Origin: Felis catus
Taxonomy: Eukaryota
Length of the DNA stretch: 60,000 nt
Assembly (NCBI RefSeq): GCF_018350175.1
Contig: NC_058383.1
Location: forward strand, 7,194,001 to 7,254,000
Direction of reading: 5' to 3'
Of this stretch, positions 26,330-40,556 are shown in pieces. The stretch's first letter is position 1, and every line of letters begins with the position of its first letter. The notes beneath the pieces are model-generated. The model did not search any database. It saw only the letters and a program-made list of their open reading frames with translations, and had not been told where the DNA came from. A program made the position numbers and the translations under genes.

Positions 26330-27081
26330 TTTTTTTTAAAGTTTATTTAGTTTGAGAGAGATAGAGTACGTGTGTGTCAGAGAGGGACATAAAGAAGGAA
26401 AGAGAGAAAATCCCAAGCAGGCTTAAGTCAGTCCAAAGCCCAACTCGGGCTTACTCTCATGAGCCATGAGATCATGACTGAGCCAAGATCAAGAGTCAGA
26501 CACTTAACCTACTGAGCCACCCAGGCAGCTCTATCATCCTAATGCTGTTTTTAAAAACCTGTTGAGATAGGGGCACCTGGGTGGCTCAGTTGGTTGAGCA
26601 TCCAACTTCTGCTTGGGTCATGATCTCATCGTTCATGAGTTCGAGCCCTGCATTGGGCGCACCGCTGTCAGTCCAGAGCCTGCTTTGGATCCTCTGTCCC
26701 CCTCTCTCTCTGCCACTCCCCCACTCACCCTCTCTCTCAAAAAGGAGAGAGAGAGATGAATAATAAACATTTAAAAAAAAAACTTTTGAGGTATAGTAAG
26801 GACACAGCATTGAATTAGAGAATCTGTATTCTACTCTCAGCTCCACTACCAACTAGCTCACTAGTGTGGCTTGGATATGATTTCTCCAGGCATTGGTGTT
26901 TTGTTTTATTTTTGGTGCTTTTTTTTTTTAACGTTTATAGAGGGAGATAAAGAATCCAAAGCAGTCTCCAGGCTCCAAGCTGTCAGTGCAGAGCCTGATG
27001 CGGGGCTCAAAGTCATAAACTGTGAGATCATGACCTGAGCCAAAGTCAGACACTTAGCTGACTGAGCCTCCCAGGTGCCCC
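26330..27081. mobile_element. CanSINE cluster (-,+,-)
   Basis: Copies at ~26330-26528, 26570-26780 and 26920-27081. Confidence 0.8.
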
Positions 27082-27754
27082 AGCATTAGTTTCTTCATCT
27101 GAAAACAAGAGCATAACCAGATTATCCTTAAGGTCTATTTTGGCATTAATATTTTCCAATTCTGGGCCCCTTTGCTTTAGACAGAGCAACAGGCTTGGAA
27201 TTGGAAGGATTTCCTTCAGGCCCCAACATCACAGCTCACTGGTTGCATGGCTAGGCAAAGATCCTTTTGACTAAGAGACTGGATTGAGCACGACCAAGAC
27301 ATCAACATGCATGTGGCTCATGGAATTGTGCAGGTTTCCTGGTTTTCCTCTAGTGATTCTGTTCCCTTCAACCATCTCTTATTCCTCCAGTCTAATTCAG
27401 AGGCAGTAGAGTATTTAAAAGCACAGGCTTTGGAGAAAAGAGCCAAGTGTGAATCTTGACTTTCCAGCAGATCACTTGTATGACACTGGTCAAGGTACTT
27501 ACTTTTCTGAGCCCCAGTTTCCTGATCTGTAAAACAGAGATTTCAATATTTCACAGGGATAAGTATTCTCAGGTCTAGAATATTTCATAGGATTGATATA
27601 ATGAAGATAAATGTGTATAGTAGATTGTTCCCCAAAATAGTCACATTATCTCCCATCCCACATACTCTTTCACAATGAAATAGAGAAATTTCTTTCACCA
27701 AGGAATAAAGTCTGTCTTCTTCCCCTTGAATCTGGCCCAGTGGCCTGTTTAATT

Positions 27755-27960
27755 TTTTTAAATGACTTATTTATTTTTGAGAGAGAGAGAAAAAAAAAAA
27801 ACAGAGGAGGGGCAGAGAGAGAGGGAGACACAAAATCTGAAGCAGACTCCAAGCTCTGAGCTGTCATCACAGAGACTGATGTGGGGCTTGAACTCACAAA
27901 CTGCAAGATTATGGCCTGAGCCAAAGTCAGACACAACCGACTGAGCCACCCAGGTGCCCC
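27755..27960 (-). mobile_element. CanSINE inserted in an older MLT-like element
   Basis: SINE body flanked by cagtggcctgtttaa on both sides. Confidence 0.8.
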
Positions 27961-29319
27961 TGCACACAGTGGCCTGTTTAAACAATCTAATATGGTAGAA
28001 ATGATGCTGTGTAACTTCCAAGGCTGAGCTCTAAACACCTGCAAGTTCCACCCTGACTTCTTAAAATGCTCCTCTTGGGGAAGCCAGTAGTCATGTCATG
28101 AGGAAGCCCGAGCAGCCATGCGGAGACACTCACATGGAGGAGCACGGAACCCCCAGGCCAACATCCCAGCTGAGCTTCCAGTCTGTGGGCCAGCCCCAAC
28201 TACCAGCCATCCCAGTCCCTTAGGACACCACAGGAAGCAGAAGAAGCCAGCCAATTCACAGATTTGTGAGATCAAATGAGAAATGATAACTGTTGTGTTA
28301 AGTCACTAAGTTTTGAAGTAGTTTTTAATGCAGCAATAAAGAAGTGAAACCAAGTGCTTAACAGTACCTTGCCCATAGTAAGTACTCTAAGGAGGTGTAT
28401 GGAGGGGATGGTAATGGTAAATGTTGTGAAAGGGTTTGACATTAAGGGAAAAACTAACAGGAGTATGGAGCAAGCTGTATGAAGATATTAAAGGTGTTCT
28501 CCACATTCCTAGGGGCTCCCCCACCTCTTCAAAACAGCACAAAATGATACAGGAAGTGGCCATCCTTACATTGAACTTTTCTATCATTTCCATTCATTGA
28601 TCTTAGTTCTGAATTCCGGGGTCCCCTAAGACACATTTCTTTCGGAAATGACAACTCTTTGTATTTGAAAACTACGACTACTTCGTCCCTCATTCTCCCC
28701 TCCTCTTCTCCTACCTAAAGTAAAGGAAGGAAAAATTCTTCAGATTCTCTCTGGTCAAATTAGGTATGGTGTTCAGACCTCACACCCTCCGATTTGTTCA
28801 TTTCTGGATGACCGTTGGCTTTTGGTGCCTGTGACAGGTGGTGTCGAGAACCCACCCATCTTAGATGTCCGACCAATGCATGTGGGAAGGAATGAATGAA
28901 ACAAGACTGACCATGGGATAACTGTTGACACTGGCCAGTTGGTACATGAAGGCCCACTGTCATCCTCTCTACTTTTGTCTTTGAAAATTAAATTTTTTTA
29001 ATGATCCTAGAAAAATAGGGGGAAACGCGGTCATGTTTCTGTGAAGTTATGGTGCATTTAATCAGGGATTTCGTGTTCAGGGATGTTGCTGTCCTTCGGT
29101 ATGTGTACCTTTTGAGGAATCAGGCAAAAGCAAAATCAATGGGGGCTGGGAAGGGGGTGCCGAAAGAAACATTGAGAATCAAGCCTGAAATCTGCAGGAG
29201 CAGCGGGATAAAAAGGTAGGCAGAAACTTCTTTAACCAGTCCTGCAGCATCAGGAGCACTTAGAGGGCAACTTCCGAGATTTCTGCCCAGGAAACTTAGA
29301 ATCCGCAAAAGCCCCAAAG

Positions 29320-30250
29320 GCACGGCGACTTAGATTGACGCCACCGTGACCCAGGTCCGAGATTGATCACTGAATCTCTGACTTCGTGGGCCAAGCGTGC
29401 GGCTCCGTGTCCATAAACGTGGGCCGCGTTCTCACGAGACGACGGGCTCCGGTCTCGGGCGAACGGGTTCTGAAGTCCACGAAGGGACCGAGGTCGCTGC
29501 GCCGAGCCCGCGCCTCTCCCTGGACCGGGACTACGGAGATTGGGTGCGAGAACCCGCGAAGCCTTCACCTGGCTGGCACTTCCTTGGTTTAAAAGGTGGA
29601 GGGGGGGGGGAGGAGGGGAGTGGCGGCTGGGGAACGAGGTTCCTGCTAGTTCACGTAGTGGAGCGACCTCGCCCGTCCCCAAGACGCCAAAACCCCCGAC
29701 TAACCAAGACACCGAGAGGCAGAGACGACCTCCCCCGGTCCTAGAGGGACCGCTACGGCCCCGGACAACTCCCGCGGGGGGGCGGGGTTCTGACGAACTT
29801 CCGGCTGCGCCGGCCGGGGGGTGCGTCGAGGCACCAGCGCTTCGAGCGGCCCCAAATCCGGTGAGTCTTTGGATTCCTGGTTCGCGTAGCTGCGGGAGAG
29901 GGAACCTTGGGTGAAAGGGTTCGGAGAGGGAAGAGGGGTTGAGCAGCTGTGGCCTCTGGAGAACCCCCCAGACCGGTCCTGGGAGGGCTGTGGGGAGGAG
30001 CTCCGTGCTCCTACCCAGCTAAGCTGGTGGAGGCTCGTCCTCGCCTTTTCCTGCCCTCCCCGGCGGTTTCTCAGATAAACTGCTTCTTTCGCGTTCCAGA
30101 GCAGATTTTCTGTGCTCTCCCTGAGACGGGCCCTTAGTCCGTCGGACCCGGGCTGCCTTCTCTTTTTTCCTTGCTCTTAACAGGAAGTCCGAACTCGGGG
30201 CTAATTGATGAGAACATGTCTGAGGGGTTTGGGGACCTGCGGTGGGAAAC
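29320..30250 (+). promoter_or_regulatory. ZSCAN21: CpG-island promoter and non-coding exon 1 of ZSCAN21
   Basis: Sharp rise in CpG/GC content. GC box near 29778-29787, ETS-type ACTTCCGG at 29797-29804, TCTCACGAGA (variant of TCTCGCGAGA) at 29430-29439, and a strong donor CCG/gtgagt at 29861. Confidence 0.85.
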
Positions 30251-31629
30251 CGAGCCTCATTAGAAGTCCCGGGTAGCTATTGATCCAAGAGAGGGAATAG
30301 TTCCGTTGGGCTTTGTTCAGATTAGAAAGCACATACACAATAAGGATCTGCTCGAGTTTGGAAACACATTTCTAGGTTACCATTTATAAATAGTTTCTCG
30401 AGAGGAAGGCGATCTGGTGGGTGAGGTCCTTGGAAACCTATGTTATATAAAGGAAGAGTTGAAAGAACCGTGAAGGAAAGAGTCAAGAGGCAAAGCAATT
30501 GTTTTCAGGGATTGGGGAGCTGCTATGCAGAAAGTTAAGTACTGTACAGTAGAATTCCATGCCTCAAGAATTAACCATATTTGCCTGCCTGCGAGTTTTC
30601 AGGTACACAATGTGTGTGTTAAAAGCATTCTAGCAATAGTTGGTAAGTACCATTAAATTGTTATCATCTATTTTAATTTGGTTTATTTATGCCTCATCTT
30701 GTTCCGGAATGGGTTTGGGGCACTTCTATAAGAGAGTATAAGTTTTGGGAAATTGGCATAAAAGAGGGGGAAAAAACCACCTGGGAACAAGAACAGTTCC
30801 CTTCTGGTTATAGTAGACCATAAACTTTTGCTTGATGAGCCTCTTGTGCTACACATTCTAGATAGTCTAAAGAAAGTAGTTCACTGTGGTTGAAGACAAT
30901 CTGAATTAGTAATGAAACCTCCTCTTTTCTACCCACATGCTTTTTTTATTTTATAAATACTGTATTAAGAAAAACTCAGAAGCCAGGGCACCTGGCTGGC
31001 TCAGCCACTGTAGCACAGGACTCTTGATCTCAGGGTTGTGAGTTCAATCCCCACGTTGGGCATAGAGCTTATGATACATAGATAGATAGATAGATAGATA
31101 CGCAGGCATAGAGTTTATAATAAATAAATAAATTAATTAATTAAAAAGAAAAATTCAGAAGCCATGACCTGGAGGGCATCCTGAGATGAAATTTTAGGCA
31201 AACTCAGCATGACCAAATGTGAAATAACTGGCTTTGCTCAAGGGAAAAAAAAAATTACAACAGAGCATTACCAGGTTTTTAAAAAGTCTTTGCCAGTCCA
31301 ATAGATGGAAGCATTTCATTGCAGCTTTAATTTCCATTTATTCTGTTGTAAATAAGGTTAAGCATCTTTTCATGGATTTATTACTAAGCTGAGATTTGAA
31401 AGACAAAAAGAAGTTTGTCTGAGAATTGGGCATTATCAGTGCATTGGGAATGAGCAGGGAAGCAATGAGACAGAATGAAGAGGCAGAGGCCAGGTTGTGA
31501 CTTTTGTCTGCCATACAGAGAAGTTAATAAAATGGTTGTTAAGAGCAGGGTCATATGTGCAGATCTGTATTCTAAACCTCTGCTGGTACTAGACTTTTAA
31601 TGTGTGAAACTTGATTTTTAGAGGAGGCA

Positions 31630-32252
31630 TCGTCAGGGGTCAAGGGCAGGCTGCCGCAAGATGGGGCACTTTAACTTTAGCACAAACATTATTTTGAGTT
31701 AAAAGCAATTGAAACCCAGCAGATTCAGGAAAGGCTCTTTACCTTCCCCCTCAAGTGCCTGCCTACACCAGGAAGAGAGCTATTAATGAGATTGCTTTTT
31801 ACCTAAGAAACCTGCATAATAGGGCACCGTTTGTTTTCCTAACATCTCCTCTCACCTCTCTTTTGGTCTTCCTCATCTTTGTATCCTCAGACCCCTTTCC
31901 TTAGCTCAGGTTGTTATTTAAGGCTCCATGTTGCCTCACTGCCTTTGGGATTTCATATCTATGTGGATTCCCTGTACACACAAAACTAAATTTGATGGGG
32001 GCACCTGGGTGGCTCAGTCAGTTAAGCGGCCAACTTCGGCTCAGGTCATGATCTCACGGTCCGTGAGTTCGAGCCCCGCATCGGGCACTGTGACGAACAG
32101 CTCAGAGCCTGGAGCCTGTTTTAGATTCTGTGTCTCCCTCTCTCTGACCCTCCCCCGTTCATGCTCTGTCTCTCTCTCTCTGTCTCAAAAATAAATAAAT
32201 GTTAAAAAAAAAAAACAAAAAAAACCCCCACTAAATTTGATGTTCTCCTGTT
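31630..32252 (+). mobile_element. Older LTR-like fragment (MER34-like) interrupted by a CanSINE at 31997-32225
   Basis: LTR-like motifs (caagatgg...ttttgagttaaaagcaattga; taaatttgatgttctcctgtt). The SINE is flanked by TSD actaaatttgatg. Confidence 0.5.
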
Positions 32253-32491
32253 AAAAAAAATTTTTTTAAGTTCAGCTCTACACCCATCATGGGGCTCAAA
32301 CTCACATCCCCGAGACCCTCTTCCTACTGAGCCAGCCAAGTGCCCCTCGATTTTTCTTTAAACAAACACACAAACACGCCTCTGCTGGTAGCCTTTGAGC
32401 CTGTGGAATTCGAGTTGCCAAACTGGAAAATGGCCTGTGCAATTTCAAAGGAGGAAAAGACTGTTGTAACATCAACTAGTCAAAAGTGTTT

Positions 32492-33030
32492 GATGTGGGG
32501 AATAAGTTTAAGACTTCTCTATGCTTGCGCCAATGGGTTAGCAAGGCTTAGGGTGGAAAGCCACCAGAGGGGGAAAGTGCCCAAAGCCAGTCATTGAGTA
32601 AGACAAAGCATAGAGGCAGAAAGCCCTGGGTGAAAGAGTCTAAAGTTAGCTGGGCTGAAGAGTGCCTTGTTAACCCTGAGGTTGCAAGCTCAAGCAATCT
32701 TAAACTTTGGAGATAACAGCTAATTGGCTAAATCACCTACAGAAAAACATTTTCCATCTGCTGCCAGTATATCATTGTGCTTTGATCTCAACTTCAAAAC
32801 GCGGCTTGCCCCCCAAACCCTTTGCTTCTTACACAAGTTAATGGTCACTATCTGATCATTTCCTTCCGCACGTTTACCACATATGTAAAATCTTGAGAGC
32901 TCAATAAATACAGAGGTGAAACCCCTGTTCTGGGCTCTTGTCTCCTCCCTGACATTAGCCTCTCGTATTCATTTCTGTGTCTGCTCTCTTGCTGGACAAG
33001 AGAGAGCTCCAGACTCAAAAGTCTGTGACA
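32492..33030 (+). mobile_element. Solo LTR (family shared with 49425-49911)
   Basis: Flanked by a GTTT 4-bp duplication, has an internal AATAAA and ends in CA. 5' and 3' parts are clearly homologous to 49425-49911. Confidence 0.75.
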
Positions 33031-34547
33031 GTTTGATAAAAGTAAAAGTAAGCTTTGTGATATGTTTAAAATAGATCTGCTAGAAACTGTATTTCATTAT
33101 GCCAATATTCTAATAATTGTTGAATGAGAGTCAGAAATTAATTATTGTTCCTAGCGACAAAGCAGGTACCTTTTAAAAAGAAATCATAAAAAGGCTTCAT
33201 AACTTTTTAAAAGTATCTAAGAATGGTCTGCTTCAACATCATAAGTATTAAAGTTAACAGCTGTGCTTCTTCCCCCCCCCCCATATTTTTAATTTAAATG
33301 TTTTATTTTATTTTTAAGTAATCTCTATACCCATCATGGGGCTTGAACTCACAACCCCAAGATCAAGAGTCACATGCTGCACTGACTGAGCCAGCCAGAT
33401 GTCCCTTAAATGTTTTTAGAAGTTTTAGATCTATAGAAAAGCTCAAAGATAGTACAGAATTCCCATATACCTTTTCTCCAGTTATTGTTAACCCCTTGCA
33501 TTACTGGGTACATTTGTCACAACTAAGGAGCCAACACTGATATATTACTATTAAGCTCCGCACTTTATTTGAAGGTCGCTAGTTTTTCCCTAATGTCCTT
33601 TTTCTGTTCCAGGATCCCATCTAGGGTACCGCATTATATTAGCCTTCAAGTCTACTTAATGTCCTCTGGTCAGTGACAATTTCTCAGGCTTTCCTCGTTT
33701 TTAATGATCTTGACAGTTTTGAGAAGTACAGGTCAGGTGTTTTATAGAAAGTCCCTCAATCCAGATTTGGAGGAGGAAGGCCACAGAGGTGATGTGCCCT
33801 TGTCATCATTTTCAGGTGCACTTACCACTGGTGATGTTAACCTTGGTGATCCGACTGAGCTAGTGTTTGCCTGCATGGTAGTACTTCCCTTCAGCCCCTT
33901 TCCATATTTTTCTCGCGGAAGCAAGTCCCTAAGTGCAGCCCACACTCAGGGGGTGAAGAGTTAAGTCTCCCTTCTTGACAGGAGTATCTACATACATAAA
34001 TTGGCATAATTCTGGGTGGGAGGTTTGTCTCTTCTCTGTTTATTCAGTCACTTTTTTTTTTTTTTTTAACATTGTATGGATTCACAGATACTTATTTCAC
34101 ATTTCAGGTTATAATCCACTACTGTATTTTGTTGCTCAGATTGTTTTAGTTGTAGCTATTGAGAGCTTCCCCCCCCCCCCCCCCCCCCCCCCCCGCCAAG
34201 CTGGCTCCTGTGTCCCTTTAACATGCCCCATTGTTTTGTTTTTTAACTTTGTGTCACTATAGGATGCTCCAGGCTCATTTTGTATGCTCCCCAACCTAGA
34301 ATCAGCCATTTTTCCATTTTCTAGTTCTTTTTATTGGAGAAACCAAGATCTGGGCTCTGGGTATGCTAATTGCAGGATGTCATTGCTTCTAAACCTTCAC
34401 AGCAGACAGAACTAGGAAATCAATGTCTGCATACTAACTCGTGTACACACACTTACTAATTCTGTATTCACCTGTATCTGTAAACTAAGTATGAGTTGAT
34501 GCTGCCATATTTTTTTAGCCTAAATTTGTACTGATAATTAAAAAAAA

Positions 34548-35009
34548 TTTTTTTAATGTTTATTTATTTTTAATTTATTTTTAATGTTTATTTCTGAGAG
34601 AGAGGGAGACAGAGCATGAGTGGGGGAGGGGCAGAGAGAGAGGGAGACACAGAATCAGGAGCAGGCTCCAGGTTCTGAGCTGTCAGCACAGAGCCCAACG
34701 CGGGGCTCGAACTCACGGACTGTGAGATCATGACCTGAGCCGAAGTTGGTCGCTCAACCGACTGAGCCACCCAGGCACCCCTGTTTATTTATTTTTGAGA
34801 GAGAGAGAGAGAGAGAGAGAGACAGTGCAAGCAGGGGAGGGACGGCGGGGGAGGGGGGCCGGGGTGGGGGTGAGATAAAGACTCTGAAGCAGGCTCCAGG
34901 CTCTGAGCTGTCAGCACAGAGCCCGACACAGGGCTCGAACTCATGAATGGTGAGATTATGACCTGAGCCGAAGTGAGACACTTAACTGACTAAGCCACCC
35001 AGGCACCCC
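34548..35009 (-). mobile_element. Two tandem minus-strand CanSINEs
   Basis: Bodies ending gccacccaggcacccc at ~34781 and ~35009; tgtactgata flanks the pair. Confidence 0.88.
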
Positions 35010-38000
35010 TGTACTGATATTTTTTTTAAGCTTGATTTTACGCTTTTATTCCATGAGTACACCCAAAGATCCATATATCACATTCATTCTTCCCACAGAT
35101 ATTTGAGTACCTGCAAAATACCAGGTGTATTGTAGATGTTTGGAATATAGCAGTGAAGAAAACGGATGAAAGTCTCTGCCCTCAGGAGTTGGTATTCAAG
35201 AAGAAAACAGGCGGTTTAAAAAAAAAAAAAGGTAAAATATATAGTATATGTATGGAGGTAAGTGATGTGGAAGAGAGTAAATTAGCATAAGGAGTTCTGG
35301 GATGAGCAAGAGTTGTGTGCAGTTTAAAATATGGGGTCAGGGATGCCTTGGCGAGAACATAATACAGACCTGAAGGAGCCAGCCATATGTAATCTGGCGG
35401 AAGCATTCGGCAGAGGGAACGCCATGCTCTGAGGGGGGAAGCTTGCTTCACGTGTTCAAGGGACAATGTGGTTGGGGTCAATGAACAAGAGAGAAGTAGA
35501 AGATGAAGTCAGACGGGCAACAGAGCTGAGACCTCATGAGGCCTTGCTGGCCATTGTGATGACCTTGCCCTTTACTCTAGGAGACACTGCCTCGAAAGGC
35601 GTGAGCAGAAGAATGGTATGACCTGACTTGTATGTTAACAGGGTTGCTCTGGCTGCTTGTTGGCACTAGACCCAGGGGCAGGGGTGGAAGCACTTAGGAG
35701 GCTCTTGCAATACTCCAGGCAAGTAGGGGAGGGGCTGGGATGCAGTACTGGAGGTAGTGCGAATTGGTTGAACATTGGATCTTTTGGACGTAGAGCTCAC
35801 AGGATTCGCTTATGAATTATATGTAGAATGAGGAGTCTGGGATAACCAGGTTTTTTGTTCCAAGAAAACAGAATGATGGAGTCGCCATTAACCGTCAAGT
35901 AGGTAGTTGGTCACATGAGTCTAGAGTTCAAAAGAGAGCTCTGGGCTGGAGATTAATTGGTGGTTGGGAGTACGTGGATGGTAATTAGAGCCATGTGACA
36001 GAATGAATGCAGCAGGGATGAAGTGGTCCAAGCGCCTATCCCTCCACTCATTTGAGGTCTTGCAAAGACACGGATTTGAGTTGTGGGCAGCATCCAAGGG
36101 AAACTTTTTCTTCTTAAGAATTTTTTTTTGTTTTTAACATAATCTCCACATACAATGTGGGTCTCGAGCTCACAACCCCGAGGTCAAGAGTCGCATGCTC
36201 TACCGGCTGAGCCAACTAGGCACTCCACCTTTTTTTTCTTTAAATGTGACTATGTACATGCTTTGCAGAAGTAGTTATGTGATCTGTGAGATTGGATATG
36301 CCATTCTGGGAACAGATCCACATGAATCTGATACAGGTCACTTCCTGTTGAATGCCCCCTATGCTAAGTAATTCCTCCCTTGTGCCTTGCTGAGTTTCCC
36401 AGGCTTGATCCCAGAAGCTGAGCAACCCAAACAGATTCCAGTGTCTTTCCTATTCTAGGTATGCACTTCTGCGAGTGGAGTGTGAAATTTTGTAACTAGT
36501 TATGAGAAGGTATTTCAGCACTGCAGAGATCCACTTTTAAGCATTTCAAATGAATGCTCCCAGCACTATTCCATCTGTTATTTTAAGGTCATTTTAGCCT
36601 TTTGTGCTAGTGCCTTTATTTAGGAAACTAGATGGTGTGCTTCTCTCCTGGCTGTTTTCAAGTTATTCTGAACTTGGGAGCTCCAGAAGTGTATTGGATG
36701 TGCAGAGCAGCGTGAGGGAGTACGTGCTGCTGATTTGGGTCCACCCTGTCAAGACACCTGTTGATATCTCCTAGGATGCTTCAGATTTGGGGTACAGTGG
36801 AGAGGAATCCCAAGTACTGGCATCCCTAGAAGTCTCAACTAATTAGTAGCTGATAATTATTGAAACTTTCATAAAAAGTTATATATTGAGGTTCTAGTCG
36901 TAGGATCCCATTTTATATTTTTTAGAATTACTAGAATTAAAAATAAATAAAAAATAAAATTATCAGAATTGGTCACAAAAATCAGTGGAGAGCAGTCATA
37001 GAAAATGTATGTTTTTAATGTGTGTTTATTAAATGTGTGAAAGTAAATACTTAAGTAACATACTAGGGACACCTGGCTGACTTAGCTGGAGCGTGCAACT
37101 TGATCTCAGGGTTATGAGTTCGAGCCCCACGTTGGGGGTAGGGATTAGTAAAATAAAAAACTTAAAAAAACAAAAGCTGTTAACATAGATGTGCATTTGT
37201 TGGGGGCGTTCTGCATGGTCTGTGATTGCTTTTTTGTTTGTTTGTTTGTTTGTTTGTTTGTTTGGAAGTCCATGAAGTTGTTGGATTAGTAGTAAAACCA
37301 ATTTGGTTTGTCCTTAAAGATTTTCTGATATAAAAGTAATAATACCCATTGTAGAAAATTTAGAAAATGAAAAAAGGAATTTAAAAAATTGAATTCATCT
37401 ATAACCCAGCAATATCACTGTTTGTGTTTTATCCTTTTTCCTTTGTTGTGATTATGGGGATGTATGTGAGACTTGCCACTTAGAGTGACATCAGGCCAGA
37501 GGTGGATGTGCATGTCAGCCATCAGCATACTCAAGTTTTTATTTTCGTTTTTATTTTTTTCATACCGAAGTTTTCAAATGCCTTAGATTTAGGTTATCTT
37601 TGACGCCTCTATTTTCTCATCTTCTGCAAGCTATTTGTACATCCTTTTTATGGTCTCTCTCCTGGTTACCATTATCATTTCATGTAACGAAAACCTGTGT
37701 AGATTTTTATCCGTTTGGCTCTTCACTGAGACTGCTGGAGTCGTCCTGCTCTCAGTTGTCCAAACCCAGAATGGGACGTCTACGTGACCTGACAGATGCT
37801 GCCTAAAGTTTGGAAACATGCTTAGGAAAGCCAGTCACAAGCATGTAAGGTTAATTCATGCAGGTTTCTTTCAGAGTATACTTCATGGATGCCACTAATT
37901 GTATAGTCTGATTCTGTTGTCTGTTTACTCCTATACTTTCCATCTCCCCCACAGACTTGAAAGCCCTGTGGGGGTGAGAGCACATCTGTCTTACTCATCA

Positions 38001-38543
38001 CTGCAGTCCCAGCTCAAAGCCCGTGGCAGGTATTCAAGTCAATGTTGAGTGAAGGGACTTCATTTTTTGGGCAAGTGAGGGAAAAAGAAGTAATTATATT
38101 TACTACAGATGTTTTTGGTGTTCTAATGTATCGACTGACAGATAATTAGAATATTTAGTATTTAAAAGAAAAATACTTTAAGCATTTTTTTGTATCATTT
38201 GCTATGACTTAATTTTTACTTATTCTCAACAATACATATCTCATCAAAATAAATACCTCTGTAAGAATATAGGTTACTTTTAGTTTAATTTGTCATTCAC
38301 TTGTCTTTTTTAAGTAGGCTCTACGCCCAACATGGGGCCCGAAGTCATGACCCTGAGACCAAGAGTCACATGTTCCACCGGCTGAGCCAGCTAGGTGCCC
38401 TTGACTAACAAATTTTTAATGTTGAATCTCAAAGTCTTGGATTTAGACAGGCCGCAGTTGGCCTGTAGGTATCCTGTTGAAATCTCAGGAGTTGTAAGAT
38501 TCTGAAACAGGTTTTAGAGCAAAGTTAATTTAAATTTAATTTT

Positions 38544-38706
38544 AGGGGTCCCTGGGTGGCTCAGTTGGTTGAGCATCCCACTGTTGATCTCAGCTGAGCT
38601 AACACATGATCCCAGTGTTGTGGGATCCAGCCCCACATTGGGCTCCCCACTGAGCATGGAGCCTGCTTGAGATTCTCTCTCCCTCTGTTCCTCTCCCCAC
38701 TGTGTT

Positions 38707-38748
<42 letters not shown>

Positions 38749-38757
38749 AAAAAAAAA
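38544..38757 (+). mobile_element. CanSINE
   Basis: Head, (CT)n and A tail. Confidence 0.8.
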
Positions 38758-39118
38758 GTATGTACAAATTAAAATTTTAAAAAATAATAAATTTAATTTT
38801 AAAATTATGCCATAGTGTACTTTTTATCAGAGTGGAGACAGTAAAATTGCAGTAGGATATCCTGAGCTGACTCTTGAATGATTTTAGACAATTATTTTTA
38901 TGTGATAGTTCTGTGGTGGCCATAATTTCCACAATTTGTTGTGCTGACAGTGTGGCTGTAAAGACCTAAAAAGCATCCTTTTTTTCTTTTTGTAATTTAT
39001 GGTAACCGTATTTTCTCAGGTTTAACGTGTAGCCCTAAAGATCCAGAAACCCAAAGGAACCACTATTCCTGCTCCACATAGTCCCATCCGTAGTGAGGCT
39101 GTTTCTGGAATCTGTGTG

Positions 39119-39505
39119 ATGACCAAGGTTTTAGGCATGGCTGCAGTTCGGGTTCCTCGGCCTCCACGGGAGAGGGGGCCTGTGGTGGTTAAAGATGAGG
39201 AAGAGGAAGGGAAGTGCCTTCCTAGCCTGGAGGTGTTCCGCCAGCGCTTCCGGCAGTTTGGGTACCATGACACACCTGGCCCCCGGGAGGCCCTGAGCCA
39301 GCTCCGGGTGCTCTGCTGTGAGTGGCTGAGGCCCGAGATCCACACCAAGGAGCAGATCCTGGAGCTGCTGGTGCTGGAGCAGTTCCTGAGCATCCTGCCC
39401 CAGGAGCTCCAGGCCTGGGTGCAGGAGCACTGCCCGGAGAGCGCTGAAGAGGCCGTCACTCTCCTAGAAGATCTGGAGCGAGAACTGGACGAGCCAGGGC
39501 AGCAG
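39119..39505 (+). CDS. ZSCAN21: ZSCAN21 coding exon 1 (exon begins 39020), SCAN domain
   Basis: [10 protein letters not shown]...[96 protein letters not shown]/gtaggc. Acceptor ttctcag/ at 39018-19. Confidence 0.96.
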
Positions 39506-39748
39506 GTAGGCTGGGGAGACCTTTTCTGCTATGAGATTGAGAGCATAGCATTCGGGGCAGGCTGGGTTTGTCCATCCAATGAGAGTAGCTGAATGGAAGT
39601 TTCTGCTGACTTCACTGTGTTTCCTCCTGTATTTCTTCTACCGTCCAGTATTGATCTTTAGCTATGGGAGTTGAATGAGATGGATGGGTTTCCTTTTTTT
39701 TTCCCCTTAGAGGTTGTACGTTAGCTCTCCTGGTGTTCTTTCATTCTG

Positions 39749-40084
39749 CAGTTGACCCTTGAACCACACAGAGGTTAGGGGTGTCAGCCCCGCCTCCCCA
39801 GGACATGTGCATTTGAGGATCCCAATATAACTTTGGATTCCCCTGAAACTTCTAAATAGTCTACTGTTGACCAGAAGCCTTACCAATAACATAAATAGTC
39901 AATTAACACTTACTTTGTATGTTATATGTATTCTATACTACATTCTTGTAATAAAGTAAGCTAGAGAAAGGAAAGCCTTAAAATTATAAGAGACACATTT
40001 ACTATATTGTATGTCTCAAAAAAAGAGATGGGTGTTTAAGTGGACCTGGGTAGTTCAGACCCATTGTAGTTCCAAGGTGAGCTG
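39749..40084. mobile_element. Tigger-family non-autonomous DNA transposon (MITE)
   Basis: Left TIR CAGTTGACCCTTGAA and degenerate right TIR TTCCAAGGTGAGCTG, with an AT-rich interior. Confidence 0.7.
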
Positions 40085-40117
40085 TGCATAAACTCCATCA
40101 TTCCTCATTGTCTCTAG

Positions 40118-40307
40118 GCCTCACCGCCTCCAAATGAGCAGAAACAGATGTGGGAGAAGAGGTCCTCTTCAGGAACGGCAAAGTTTCCAAGCAGTGTGCA
40201 GCCCCAGTCTGTGGAGACCAGTCACAGATGCGAAGCTTGGGAGCCCTTGTACATTCAGGAGACTGGGGAAGAGCAGGATTTCACTCCAGAGCTGAAACAG
40301 AGTCAAG
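40118..40307 (+). CDS. ZSCAN21: ZSCAN21 coding exon 2 (190 nt linker)
   Basis: tctctag/[22 protein letters not shown]...[24 protein letters not shown]/gtaggg. Phases 0/1. Confidence 0.94.
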
Positions 40308-40556
40308 GTAGGGGCTGTCTGTCATGCCACCTGCTTGGTGCCCCGGGCCTTTGTGGTGAAAGAAACAGAATAATTCTAATTCCCGGTTGCAAGGCAGTGC
40401 CCTAGACTGACTTGCCTGGTCTGGCTGCGGAGGCAGAATGAGTGCCTGAGTGCCTTTCATCCCTAGGCGCATCTCAGCCAGAGTCCTAGCAAGGGAACAT
40501 GACATCCTCTTCTCTTGAAAGGGTGGGTTGAAGTGAGTTTAAAAAAGGGACTGTTC

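Noticed and set aside
39116..39121. ORF-track start at GTG 39116 where human has Met-Met
   Set aside because: The adjacent in-frame ATG at 39119 supplies the start; a one-residue difference.
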